Positions 8,581 through 16,729 of a stretch of 44,270 nt of DNA are shown one piece after another (positions within the stretch are counted from its first letter, which is position 1; each line of letters opens with the position of its first letter). A program made the position numbers and the translations under genes. The notes beneath the pieces are model-generated. The model was not told where the DNA came from and did no database searches. It saw nothing but the letters and a program-made list of their open reading frames with translations. This DNA is from a virus (lineage: Duplodnaviria > Caudoviricetes), in the IMG/VR virus record IMGVR_UViG_3300032227_000337, positions 1 to 44,270 of that record; one strand, given 5' to 3'.

Positions 8581-9063
8581 ATGGCACAGCTACACACACC
8601 TTTCGTAGAATCAGATTTGCCCAAGTCAGAGCGCTCATATGAGCCTTTACCCGCGGGTTGGTACACCGCAACCATTGGTGGGGCTGAGGTCAAGTCAACG
8701 AAGGCGGGGACTGGCGAATACATCTCTATCCGGTATGACATCACCGGACCCTCACATCAGGGCCGAGTTGTGTTTGGCAACCTGAACATCAAAAACCCGA
8801 ACCCGGCGGCTGAGGCGATCGCCTACCAACAGATGGGCGAGTTGATGCGCGCGATTGGCTTGGCGCGGGTGGACGACACCGACCAGTTCGTGGGCGGCCA
8901 GTTACAGGTGAAGCTAGACATCCGCAAGTCTGAGCAGTACGGCGACAGCAACGACGTGAAAGGATTTAAGTCATTGAGCGGGGGCGCGATGCCAATGGCT
9001 GCAGCGTCTGCGGCACCTAAGGCGGCGAGCGCCAAGGCCGCCCCTCCTTGGGTCAAGAAGTAA
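8581..9063 (+). CDS. DUF669-like ssDNA-binding protein
   Basis: YEPLPAGWY N-terminus, OB-fold-like pattern, Ala-rich tail ending PPWVKK. Confidence 0.75.
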   Translation: MAQLHTPFVESDLPKSERSYEPLPAGWYTATIGGAEVKSTKAGTGEYISIRYDITGPSHQGRVVFGNLNIKNPNPAAEAIAYQQMGELMRAIGLARVDDTDQFVGGQLQVKLDIRKSEQYGDSNDVKGFKSLSGGAMPMAAASAAPKAASAKAAPPWVKK

Positions 9064-9126
9064 ACCATTAAAAAACGCGCCAAACTTTAGGGTTTGGTGC
9101 AAATTTATCAACTTTAAAGGATTGAC

Positions 9127-9378
9127 ATGATTTACACACAAGATCTGATTGATGCCGGACGCGCCGCGCGCGCCTTTAGAAACCCTGACCTGTCGATTGA
9201 CAAGGAAGACGAAGAAGGGCATGAAAAAGCCGTGGCAAAAATTGACGCCGTGGTTGTCAAAATGAAAGAAAAAAACCCCAATGATTTTTGGGTAGACGGC
9301 TCGCCTGAGTACCGCAAGCTGACTGACGTGTGGGCAGCAGAGCGCTTGGCGCGCTGGTTGAATAGCACTAGAAAATAA
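9127..9378 (+). CDS. Hypothetical protein
   Basis: 83 aa with an AAGGA RBS; flanked by hairpins at 9077-9100 and about 9397-9415. Confidence 0.7.
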   Translation: MIYTQDLIDAGRAARAFRNPDLSIDKEDEEGHEKAVAKIDAVVVKMKEKNPNDFWVDGSPEYRKLTDVWAAERLARWLNSTRK

Positions 9379-9420
9379 ACCTTAACCTAAACAGGGAGGG
9401 GCGAGAGCCCCTTTTAAATA

Positions 9421-9750
9421 ATGAAATTGTTTAAACGATTTACTTTTGAAGCGGCTCATTCATTGCCGGATTTTCCGCAAATGCATGGTCATTCATATCA
9501 CGTTGAAGTTTGGATTTTGGGAACCGCTTTGAATGGTTACGTTATTCATGAAGAAAAAATTAATGCAGAATGTTTAAAAGTTAAAGCATTGCTTGATCAT
9601 AAATATTTAAATGCTGTTATTGAATTGCCAACATCTGAAAATATAGCCAAATTTATTTGGGAAGAACTTAAACATTTACGCTTATTTGAAATAAGAGTCG
9701 AGCGACCAACTGTTGCTTTTGGCGTGGTATACAACGGAGAATTGTGGTGA
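9421..9750 (+). CDS. queD: QueD/PTPS-like T-fold protein
   Basis: FTFEAAH, HGHSY, LDHKYLN and PTSENIA motifs; the Cys of the canonical CxxxHGH is absent; AT-rich. Confidence 0.85.
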   Translation: MKLFKRFTFEAAHSLPDFPQMHGHSYHVEVWILGTALNGYVIHEEKINAECLKVKALLDHKYLNAVIELPTSENIAKFIWEELKHLRLFEIRVERPTVAFGVVYNGELW

Positions 9751-10487
9751 TTCATTATCACGGGTTGCCAATTACGCCAGCTACCGCAGCGGTTAAGGCA
9801 ATAGAAACTGGTCATGCGTTTATTAGTTACGCTCACTCCGATCAGCTTGGTTTAGCGGTAGAAGTTTGTCAATCTTTTGCCGTTGACAATGGTGCATTTA
9901 GCGCTTGGAAGTCTGGAAGCCCAATAAAAGATTGGTCAAATTTTTATGGGTGGGCAGAGCAATGCAAACGCATACCCGCTTGTGATTTTTCTGTCATACC
10001 AGACGTAATTGATGGGTCAGAAGCAGACAATGACACCTTGCTTGCCGAGTGGCCTCATGGCAATTGGTTTGGTGCACCAGTTTGGCATTTAAACGAATCT
10101 ATTGCGCGACTTGAGCGTTTGGCCGCCGATTATCCTCGAGTTTGTTTTGGCAGCTCAGGCCAGTATGCAAACATTGGCACGACCGAGTGGTGGGTGCAGA
10201 TGGCCGTGGCGATTCGAGCGATTAGCGATAAAGACGGTCGGCCACTAGTCAAGATTCACGGCTTACGGATGTTGAATCCGTCCATATTTACAAAATTCCC
10301 TTTTGCCTCGGCTGATAGCACAAACATTGGTAGAAATATCGGTATTGATCAATCATGGAAGGGAAACTATATGCCGCCTAGCAAAGAAGTCAGAGCGCAA
10401 GTTATGCGAACAAGGATTGAGTCTTACAACGCACCTGCTCGGTGGAGCTTTGCGATTCCGACTCAAACGCAACAATTTTTAATTTAA
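9744..10487 (+). CDS. TGT-fold DpdA-like base-exchange (transglycosylase) protein
   Basis: DNGAFS, PDVI, PVWH, HGL and SADST motifs follow the TGT/DpdA order; overlaps the queD-like gene. Confidence 0.65.
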   Translation: MVIHYHGLPITPATAAVKAIETGHAFISYAHSDQLGLAVEVCQSFAVDNGAFSAWKSGSPIKDWSNFYGWAEQCKRIPACDFSVIPDVIDGSEADNDTLLAEWPHGNWFGAPVWHLNESIARLERLAADYPRVCFGSSGQYANIGTTEWWVQMAVAIRAISDKDGRPLVKIHGLRMLNPSIFTKFPFASADSTNIGRNIGIDQSWKGNYMPPSKEVRAQVMRTRIESYNAPARWSFAIPTQTQQFLI

Positions 10488-10537
10488 AAAAATGCCCCTG
10501 ACCTTGCGGTTGGGGGCAAAAAACTAAGGAGATTGGC

Positions 10538-11557
10538 ATGAAAATACCAGAGTCAGAATACACCATCAGCGCATTGATTGACAAGCACCATGAGTCGATC
10601 CAAGGCGAACCTAGACCCCACATGGGATGTTCAACGCTTGGTCACGTCTGTGACAGATGGTTATGGCTATCGTTCAGGATGGCTGTGGTCGAAAAGTTCC
10701 CTGGGCGCATTCTGCGTTTGTTTCGCCGCGGGCAAAACGAAGAGGCACAAGTTGTGTCTGACCTGCGCGCAATTGGGCTGAACGTACAAAAGACGGGTGA
10801 GAACCAGTCGCGCGTGGATTTTGGTTGCCACGTTGGTGGTAGCGTGGACGGGGTGATTGAGTCAGGCGTACCCGAAGCACCCAAGGCGCGTCATGTGCTT
10901 GAGATCAAGACGCACGGTAAGAAATCGTTTGATGATTTAGAAAAAAATGGGGTCGAGAAGAGTAAGCCCCAGCACTTTGTCCAGATGCAGGCCTATATGC
11001 TCGGGCTCAAGCTTGACCGCGCGCTGTACTACGCTATCTGTAAGGATGACGATCGTATCTACACCGAGCGAGTCAAGCTAGACAAAGACGTAGCAACCAA
11101 GGCTATAGAGCGTGGCCACCGCTTGGTCAAAGCTGAACGTATGCCGCCACCCATCAGCACCGATCCCACATGGTTTGAGTGCCGATTCTGTGCGGCGCAT
11201 GAGTTTTGCCACAAAACTAAACTGACCAAAGAGGTCAATTGCCGCACTTGCACCAACTCCACGGCGCGTGAGGACGGTACTTGGCATTGTGCAGAGTATG
11301 ACGTGGCCCTTGATTTTGAGAACCAAAAGCAGGGCTGCGAGGCACACGTCCTGCACCCTGACTTGGTGCCGTGGCAACATAAGGTTGAAGGCAAAGCAAT
11401 CATTTGGATGACGCCAGAGGGCGACATCAAAAACGGCGTAAGCGATTGGGAAACCTTCACAAGCCGTGAGATTGTTGCCAATCATAAGGCGTGTGCGTCT
11501 GGCGACAAATTTTTGGACGAGGCGCGTGAGATATTTGGTGCGAAGGTGGTGGGATGA
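10538..11557 (+). CDS. Cas4-like PD-(D/E)XK exonuclease
   Basis: GSVDG...LEIKT...QMQAY, with an N-terminal Cys and C-terminal CRFC...C cluster plus a further CRTC. Confidence 0.85.
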   Translation: MKIPESEYTISALIDKHHESIQGEPRPHMGCSTLGHVCDRWLWLSFRMAVVEKFPGRILRLFRRGQNEEAQVVSDLRAIGLNVQKTGENQSRVDFGCHVGGSVDGVIESGVPEAPKARHVLEIKTHGKKSFDDLEKNGVEKSKPQHFVQMQAYMLGLKLDRALYYAICKDDDRIYTERVKLDKDVATKAIERGHRLVKAERMPPPISTDPTWFECRFCAAHEFCHKTKLTKEVNCRTCTNSTAREDGTWHCAEYDVALDFENQKQGCEAHVLHPDLVPWQHKVEGKAIIWMTPEGDIKNGVSDWETFTSREIVANHKACASGDKFLDEAREIFGAKVVG

Positions 11558-12402
11558 GATACGGATCAGTATGTTCAGGCATTGAGGCGGCAACTTCCGC
11601 CTGGCACTCGCTTGGTTGGACGCCGCAGTGGTTCTCTGAGATTGAACCATTTCCATCGGCGGTGCTTGCGCACCACTACCCCAACGTGCCGAATTTCGGC
11701 GATATGACTAAATTTAAAGAATGGAAACTTGATGACTCAACAGCTATCGATGTTCTCGTCGGAGGAACTCCCTGCCAGTCCTTCAGCGTTGCCGGACTCA
11801 GAAAAGGACTGGACGATCCGCGTGGCAACCTCATGCTTACCTATCTTGCCATTGCTAACAAGTATCGCCCCAAGTGGTTGGTTTGGGAGAACGTCCCCGG
11901 CGTGTTATCCAGTAACGGAGGACAAGATTTTGCCTCCTTTCTTCGAGGGTTGGGGGAACTCGGATATGGGTTCGCATACCGAATTCTTGACGCTCAGTAC
12001 TTCGGAGTGGCCCAGCGACGCCGCCGTGTGTTCGTTGTCGGATGTCTTGGAGACTGGCGCGGTGCCGCAGCGGTTCTTTTTGAGCGCCACAGCTTGTCAG
12101 GGCATCCTGCGCCGAGCCGAGAAGCGAGGCAAGAAATTGCCGGAACAATTGGAGCGCGCACTGGCCGCAGTATCGGAGCACAAGACGCCGCTTGTGGACA
12201 CATGATTAGCGGAACGCTTTACAAGGGTGCGCTAGGAAAAGACGCAGGAGGAACAGGATTGATTCCTTGGCCACCTGAAATAGCGCCTACGCTTGACGCG
12301 CATTTTGGTGACAAACAAGGGCTAGAGAACCAACATATTAACGGGGGGGGGGGGTTATATACCCTCGGTCGCAAAATGCTTGATAACGAAAACGAGGCTT
12401 GA
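11554..12402 (+). CDS. C5-cytosine DNA methyltransferase, N-terminal part (motifs I-VIII)
   Basis: SVCSGIEA, GGTPCQSFS, WENVPG and QRRRRVF; the frame ends shortly after the G12 tract. Confidence 0.9.
   Translation: MRYGSVCSGIEAATSAWHSLGWTPQWFSEIEPFPSAVLAHHYPNVPNFGDMTKFKEWKLDDSTAIDVLVGGTPCQSFSVAGLRKGLDDPRGNLMLTYLAIANKYRPKWLVWENVPGVLSSNGGQDFASFLRGLGELGYGFAYRILDAQYFGVAQRRRRVFVVGCLGDWRGAAAVLFERHSLSGHPAPSREARQEIAGTIGARTGRSIGAQDAACGHMISGTLYKGALGKDAGGTGLIPWPPEIAPTLDAHFGDKQGLENQHINGGGGLYTLGRKMLDNENEA
11729..12205 (+). CDS. Nested +1-frame ORF resembling the beta polypeptide of two-chain C5 methyltransferases
   Basis: 158 codons open inside the MTase gene; C-terminal SLSDVLETGAVPQRFFLSATACQGILRRAEKRGKKLP resembles, from memory, M.EcoHK31I-beta-type proteins. 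Confidence 0.6.
   Translation: MMTQQLSMFSSEELPASPSALPDSEKDWTIRVATSCLPILPLLTSIAPSGWFGRTSPACYPVTEDKILPPFFEGWGNSDMGSHTEFLTLSTSEWPSDAAVCSLSDVLETGAVPQRFFLSATACQGILRRAEKRGKKLPEQLERALAAVSEHKTPLVDT
12343..12354 (+). repeat. G12 homopolymer at the MTase frame break
   Basis: AAC-G12-TTATAT; G11 or G14 would fuse the two MTase ORFs. A second G8 tract lies at 12440-12447. Confidence 0.9.
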
Positions 12403-13108
12403 TATGGAAACCGAAACAATGATTGTTTTAATGGATCAAGGGGGGGGTGTGATGAACATACTTAAAGACGGAACTGTTGGAACTCTACGCAGCGAAACGC
12501 ATGGGCATGAGCCGGTGATAATTCAGCCGATTGCTTTGGCTGAAAACACCATTGGTAGACAACCTGAGAACGGCGGCAATGGTGACGGATTTACAGTTGG
12601 CGGTCCGATGTACACGCTTAACGCTACAGGCGTGCATGGGGTGGCGCAACCGATTGCTTTTGCTCAAAATACAAGAGATGAAGTTCGGCTTATCAATGGT
12701 GATGGTCAAATTGTTGGCGCTTTAGCAGCTCAACCTGGTAGTAAGCAAACTTCTTATGTAGCAACAGCCTACGCCTTTGACAGCCTATCCTCCAACTCCA
12801 TGAAATCAAACAATCCTGTGAGCGGTGTCAATCAAGTTGATGTATCAAAGACCTTGGACACCTCTAGAGGGCTTGACCCGTCTTGCAATCAGGGCGGATT
12901 AGGGTTGGTTCAATCAATGGCAGTACGCCGCCTAACCCCCACCGAATGTGAGCGCCTCCAGGGCTTTCCTGACAATCACACAAACATCCCTTGGCGCAAG
13001 AAAGAACAGTCACCTGACGGTCCTAGATACAAGGCGCTCGGAAATAGTATGGCGGTGCCCGTCATGCAATGGATCGGCAAACGCATTCAGATGGTGGAGG
13101 ACTTATGA
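12380..13108 (+). CDS. C5 methyltransferase, C-terminal part (variable region, motifs IX-X)
   Basis: RRLTPTECERLQGFPD and RYKALGNSMAVPV; in the +1 frame relative to the N-terminal part and open back to the G tract. Confidence 0.85.
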   Translation: MITKTRLDMETETMIVLMDQGGGVMNILKDGTVGTLRSETHGHEPVIIQPIALAENTIGRQPENGGNGDGFTVGGPMYTLNATGVHGVAQPIAFAQNTRDEVRLINGDGQIVGALAAQPGSKQTSYVATAYAFDSLSSNSMKSNNPVSGVNQVDVSKTLDTSRGLDPSCNQGGLGLVQSMAVRRLTPTECERLQGFPDNHTNIPWRKKEQSPDGPRYKALGNSMAVPVMQWIGKRIQMVEDL

Positions 13109-14745
13109 GCACACTACGCCCATACCAACAACGCGCCATCGACCAACTATACGCTTGGTTCAGCGCCAACCCCACCGGCAATCCTTGCTTAGTCCTGCCA
13201 ACTGGCTCTGGCAAAAGCCACATGATCGCAGCATTTTGCAAAAACGCCCTACAAGACTTTCCTGAGACAAAGATTTTGATGCTGACGCATGTCAAGGAGT
13301 TGATCCAGCAAAACGCAGGCAAGATGCGCGAGCACTGGCCTGACGCTCCTTTGGGTATTTTTAGCGCAAGTATTGGCAAAAAAGACTTGGGCAAAGAGAT
13401 CACCTTTGCGGGAATCCAGTCCATTCGCAAGCGCGCCGAGCAGCTCGGTCATATTGATATCATCCTGATTGATGAGTGTCATTTGGTGAGCCATAATGAC
13501 GAGGGCAGCTATCGCAAGCTGATCACTGACCTGACCATCATCAACCCACACCTCCGGGTGATTGGGCTGACGGCCACGCCTTTCAGGTTGGGGCATGGGC
13601 TGATCACTGACAAACCCGCCATCTTTGATGATTTAATAGAACCCGTGAGCATTGAGTCCTTGGTTGAGGGTGGTTATTTATCAACCTTGCGCTCCACGCG
13701 CACGACGCTGCGTTTGGATACCTCAGAGGTGCATAAGCGTGGTGGCGAGTTTATTGAGTCTGAGCTGCAGGCGGCGATTGATACTGAGAAAAACAACCGC
13801 GAGGTCGTTGAAGAGGTTCTCAAACTTGCTGGTAATCGCAAGTCGTGGCTTTTCTTTTGTTCAGGGGTTGATCACGCGCATCATATCTCGCACCTGCTCA
13901 ATGAGAACGGAATAATAAGCGAGTGCGTGACAGGCGAAACGCCAAAGAAAGACCGTGAGAATATCCTTGATGACTTTAAGGCGGGCAAGATTCAAGCGCT
14001 GACTAATGCGAATGTGTTGACGACCGGGTTTGATCACCCGGACATTGACTTGTTGGTGATGCTACGCCCGACCATGAGCGCCTCGCTTTACGTCCAGATG
14101 GCGGGTCGTGGCATGCGCCCCAAGTCACATACCGATCACTGTTTAGTGCTTGACTTTGCGGGAGTGGTTGAGATGCACGGTCCAGTCACCGCGGTGCAGC
14201 CGAGCAAAAAGAAGGGCGAGGGCGATGGTGATCCGCCAACTAAGGTGTGTGAGCATTGTCATGAGATTTGTGCAATTTCTGCCAAGATTTGCCCACACTG
14301 CAAAGAGCCGTTCCCACCACCACCTGAGAAAAAATTCATCCTCCACAATGACGACATAATGGGCGTCGCAGCAAATGGCGAACTGGCTGTGCGCTCATGG
14401 ACATGGCGCAAGCAGATCAGCCGAACGTCAGGCAAGCCGATGCTATCTTGCACATACTATGGTGGCCTAAGTGACAAGCCAGTCACGGAATACCTCACAG
14501 TGGGCTACATGGGCTACTCAGGTGAGAAGGCTATGCGTACCCTTTACAACTTGGCACAAGCCTCTGGGGCGCTCTTGACAGGCGCTGAGAGCATGAGCCA
14601 AGATGAGGGCCTACTCTTTATTGCTGACCAAATGAACAAGGCGCGGCCGCCATCATTGATTACATTTAAACTAGATGGCAAGTTTTATCAAATTCTGACA
14701 AGGAGCTGGAGTCGTGCGACACAAGAAACCGCTGTTTTTGCTTAA
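13105..14745 (+). CDS. SF2 DExH helicase (RadD/YejH-like) with Zn finger
   Basis: LRPYQ, PTGSGKS, DECH, TATP, QMAGRGMR and CEHC...CPHC; ATG at 13105 overlaps the MTase stop. Confidence 0.9.
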   Translation: MSTLRPYQQRAIDQLYAWFSANPTGNPCLVLPTGSGKSHMIAAFCKNALQDFPETKILMLTHVKELIQQNAGKMREHWPDAPLGIFSASIGKKDLGKEITFAGIQSIRKRAEQLGHIDIILIDECHLVSHNDEGSYRKLITDLTIINPHLRVIGLTATPFRLGHGLITDKPAIFDDLIEPVSIESLVEGGYLSTLRSTRTTLRLDTSEVHKRGGEFIESELQAAIDTEKNNREVVEEVLKLAGNRKSWLFFCSGVDHAHHISHLLNENGIISECVTGETPKKDRENILDDFKAGKIQALTNANVLTTGFDHPDIDLLVMLRPTMSASLYVQMAGRGMRPKSHTDHCLVLDFAGVVEMHGPVTAVQPSKKKGEGDGDPPTKVCEHCHEICAISAKICPHCKEPFPPPPEKKFILHNDDIMGVAANGELAVRSWTWRKQISRTSGKPMLSCTYYGGLSDKPVTEYLTVGYMGYSGEKAMRTLYNLAQASGALLTGAESMSQDEGLLFIADQMNKARPPSLITFKLDGKFYQILTRSWSRATQETAVFA

Positions 14746-14884
14746 AGTGCCAAAGTGCTGCCACACCTGCGATAAGTATGACTCAAAGGGCAAGTGCAAA
14801 GAGTTTGATACAGAGCCGCCTGAAGAGTTTGCGGCAACTGTAGATGCCTGTGATAAGTGGGAGGAAGAGCTATGCCCGTTTTAA
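14714..14884 (+). CDS. Small Cys-rich protein (56 aa)
   Basis: Manual translation VRHKKPLFLLKVPKCCHTCDKYDSKGKC...DACDKWEEELCPF; fills the gap between the helicase and VRR-NUC genes. Confidence 0.6.
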   Translation: MRHKKPLFLLKVPKCCHTCDKYDSKGKCKEFDTEPPEEFAATVDACDKWEEELCPF

Positions 14885-15225
14885 AAGCTCCATCTGAGCA
14901 CATTGAACAATCATTGCTTGTGCAATGGTTCAGGCGCAGCTACCCGAATGTGCTGATTTTTGCTATCCCGAATGGTGGCGCTCGATCAAGAGCAACCGCA
15001 GGAAAATTAAAGGTAGAGGGCGTCGTGCCTGGTATCCCCGACTTGTTTGTGCCAGAGTGGAAGTTATGGATTGAGATGAAGCGCACCAAGGGCGGCATTG
15101 TGAGCCCTGAACAGCTCGGGATGATTGAGTATTTACAAAGTGTTGGATATTGTGCTATCGTGGGCAAAGGTGCTGAGGATGCCAAGGCACAAATACTGGA
15201 GTTTTTAAATGAAAAAAGAACTTAA
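14872..15225 (+). CDS. VRR-NUC nuclease (Holliday junction resolvase-like)
   Basis: SEHIEQ, AIPNGG, GIPDL, WIEMK and SPEQ motifs. Confidence 0.85.
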   Translation: MPVLKAPSEHIEQSLLVQWFRRSYPNVLIFAIPNGGARSRATAGKLKVEGVVPGIPDLFVPEWKLWIEMKRTKGGIVSPEQLGMIEYLQSVGYCAIVGKGAEDAKAQILEFLNEKRT

Positions 15226-15358
15226 AGAAAAATTTGTTACTGTCCGCCTGCCAGAGTCAATTTTGGCTCAGTTGCAAGCGGTCTGTGAGCTAGAAACACG
15301 CACAATGAGCGCACAAATCCTGTATTACATTAAAAAAGGTTTAGTTGTAAAGAAGTGA
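15209..15358 (+). CDS. Arc-like ribbon-helix-helix regulator (49 aa)
   Basis: Manual translation MKKELKEKFVTVRLPESILAQLQAVCELETRTMSAQILYYIKKGL; GGAG RBS. Confidence 0.7.
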   Translation: MKKELKEKFVTVRLPESILAQLQAVCELETRTMSAQILYYIKKGLVVKK

Positions 15359-15401
15359 TTCTTTATTACAACAAAGTATAAAGAATGTGTGTTTTTGTTG
15401 T

Positions 15402-15417
15402 TAATCGTGTTAATATT
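15402..15417 (+). promoter_or_regulatory. Extended -10 promoter TAATCGTGTTAATATT
   Basis: Near-identical to 3896-3911; lies in an AT-rich intergenic region. Confidence 0.6.
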
Positions 15418-15488
15418 CTTTTCAGCAGTAAGCAGTAAAAAACGCATTAACCAAACCTTCAACCTGATTCACAGACCGGAGCTACACC

Positions 15489-15785
15489 ATGAACGCAAAT
15501 GACATCGCCCTTTTAGAAGTTGACCAGTTGGGTCTTTTGTTGGCACAAATCGCTGAACTGACCAAGCAAGCCGACAAGATCAAAGACGACATCAAAGATG
15601 TTGCCACCCTGCTTAACGGCGACAAAGTGATCGCAGGCAATTTGTTCAAAGCCACGGTGGTCGAATCTAACCGCAACACTGTTGATTACAAAAAGCTGTG
15701 CGCCGACCTTGGAGTGACTTCAGCGCAGTTGGCTACCTACACCAAGGTCACCGCCGTCTACGCCGTCAAGGTCACCTCACGTTAA
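15489..15785 (+). CDS. Hypothetical early protein
   Basis: 98 aa, GGAG RBS, N-terminal coiled-coil pattern. Confidence 0.8.
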   Translation: MNANDIALLEVDQLGLLLAQIAELTKQADKIKDDIKDVATLLNGDKVIAGNLFKATVVESNRNTVDYKKLCADLGVTSAQLATYTKVTAVYAVKVTSR

Positions 15786-15818
15786 CCCAACCGCCCCCTC
15801 GGGGGCTCGGAGAACAGC

Positions 15819-16001
15819 ATGGAAATTAAATTTTGCAAAGACTGCCAACACCTGAAGGGCGAGTATTGCACCCGCCCAGACGGCATCTCGCTCGTCACTA
15901 GCGAGCTCAAGTACATCCGCCGCATTGCTGAGTCAGAGCGCTCTTACGACGCCACTGGCTGCGGCACCACCGCACGCTATTTCACCCTCAAATCAATTTA
16001 A
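15819..16001 (+). CDS. Small Cys-rich protein
   Basis: FCKDCQH...C...CG...YF pattern; GGAG RBS. Confidence 0.75.
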   Translation: MEIKFCKDCQHLKGEYCTRPDGISLVTSELKYIRRIAESERSYDATGCGTTARYFTLKSI

Positions 16002-16034
16002 TCAACCGCCCCCTCGGGGGCTAAGGAACCTGAA

Positions 16035-16331
16035 ATGAACACAGTAAAAATCTGGGTAAGCAAGCTGGGTCTCGAGCGCATCAATGTGTCTGACTTGTAC
16101 GATCCCGCAAACCACGACCTGTTGTTTTTCACTAACACAAACATGGATGACATTGGCTACACGCAGGTTGGTACTGGCATTGTCGAGTGCAGCTTTTATT
16201 CTCGCGATGAGATTCAGCAGGGCGCCATCAACTCGCTCAAATCTCAAGTGCAGCAAGTCCGCGCTAAGGCTGAGAACGACGTTATGAAGTTGCAAGATCA
16301 GATCAGCCAGTTGTTGGCAATCACCGCTTAA
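16035..16331 (+). CDS. Hypothetical protein
   Basis: 98 aa, TAAGGA RBS. Confidence 0.75.
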   Translation: MNTVKIWVSKLGLERINVSDLYDPANHDLLFFTNTNMDDIGYTQVGTGIVECSFYSRDEIQQGAINSLKSQVQQVRAKAENDVMKLQDQISQLLAITA

Positions 16332-16365
16332 TCAACTGCCCCCTACGGGGGGCTAAGGATGAATC

Positions 16366-16692
16366 ATGAAAACAGTAAACGAGCAGGGTTTAAAAGAAAT
16401 TAAGGGTTACCTGTCAGACCTGCATAAGCAAGAAGCTTTCACAGATGCGCAGGTGTTAGCGTGGGCAGCGGAGGTTGAAGACTCATTGAACGCAGGCAAC
16501 GGCGCCGAGTTTGAGATCAAGGCGCATGACTCAAAAAGCGGTCACGTTGAGCTGTGCCGACTCGATGACGAGGGCTATGACGTCGAGTATTTTGATTCTG
16601 TTGACCCAATTGATTTTGGAGCGAGCAGGTACAAAAAGAATCACGACTGCGCACGCTCTGGCTGCACAGTGTGCGTGGCGTTTGAGCATTAA
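16366..16692 (+). CDS. Hypothetical acidic protein
   Basis: 108 aa, TAAGGA RBS, C-terminal HxC...CxxC. Confidence 0.75.
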   Translation: MKTVNEQGLKEIKGYLSDLHKQEAFTDAQVLAWAAEVEDSLNAGNGAEFEIKAHDSKSGHVELCRLDDEGYDVEYFDSVDPIDFGASRYKKNHDCARSGCTVCVAFEH

Positions 16693-16729
16693 ACCTGTGC
16701 CCCTTCGGGGGCTTTCTGAAGGATTCAAC

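Larger units (their letters stand above)
15788..16713 (+). repeat. Four dispersed intergenic GC hairpin repeats (CAACCGCCCCCTCGGGGGCT type)
   Basis: Copies at 15788-15807 and 16003-16022 (identical 20-mers), 16333-16354 and about 16698-16713; each lies between a TAA stop and the next RBS. Confidence 0.85.

Noticed and set aside
15788-16713. Possible CRISPR array or integron attC sites
   Set aside because: The spacers are whole genes of 180-330 bp, the repeats are short GC hairpins without attC core sites, and there is no cas operon or integron integrase. The Cas4-like gene is a typical stand-alone phage nuclease.
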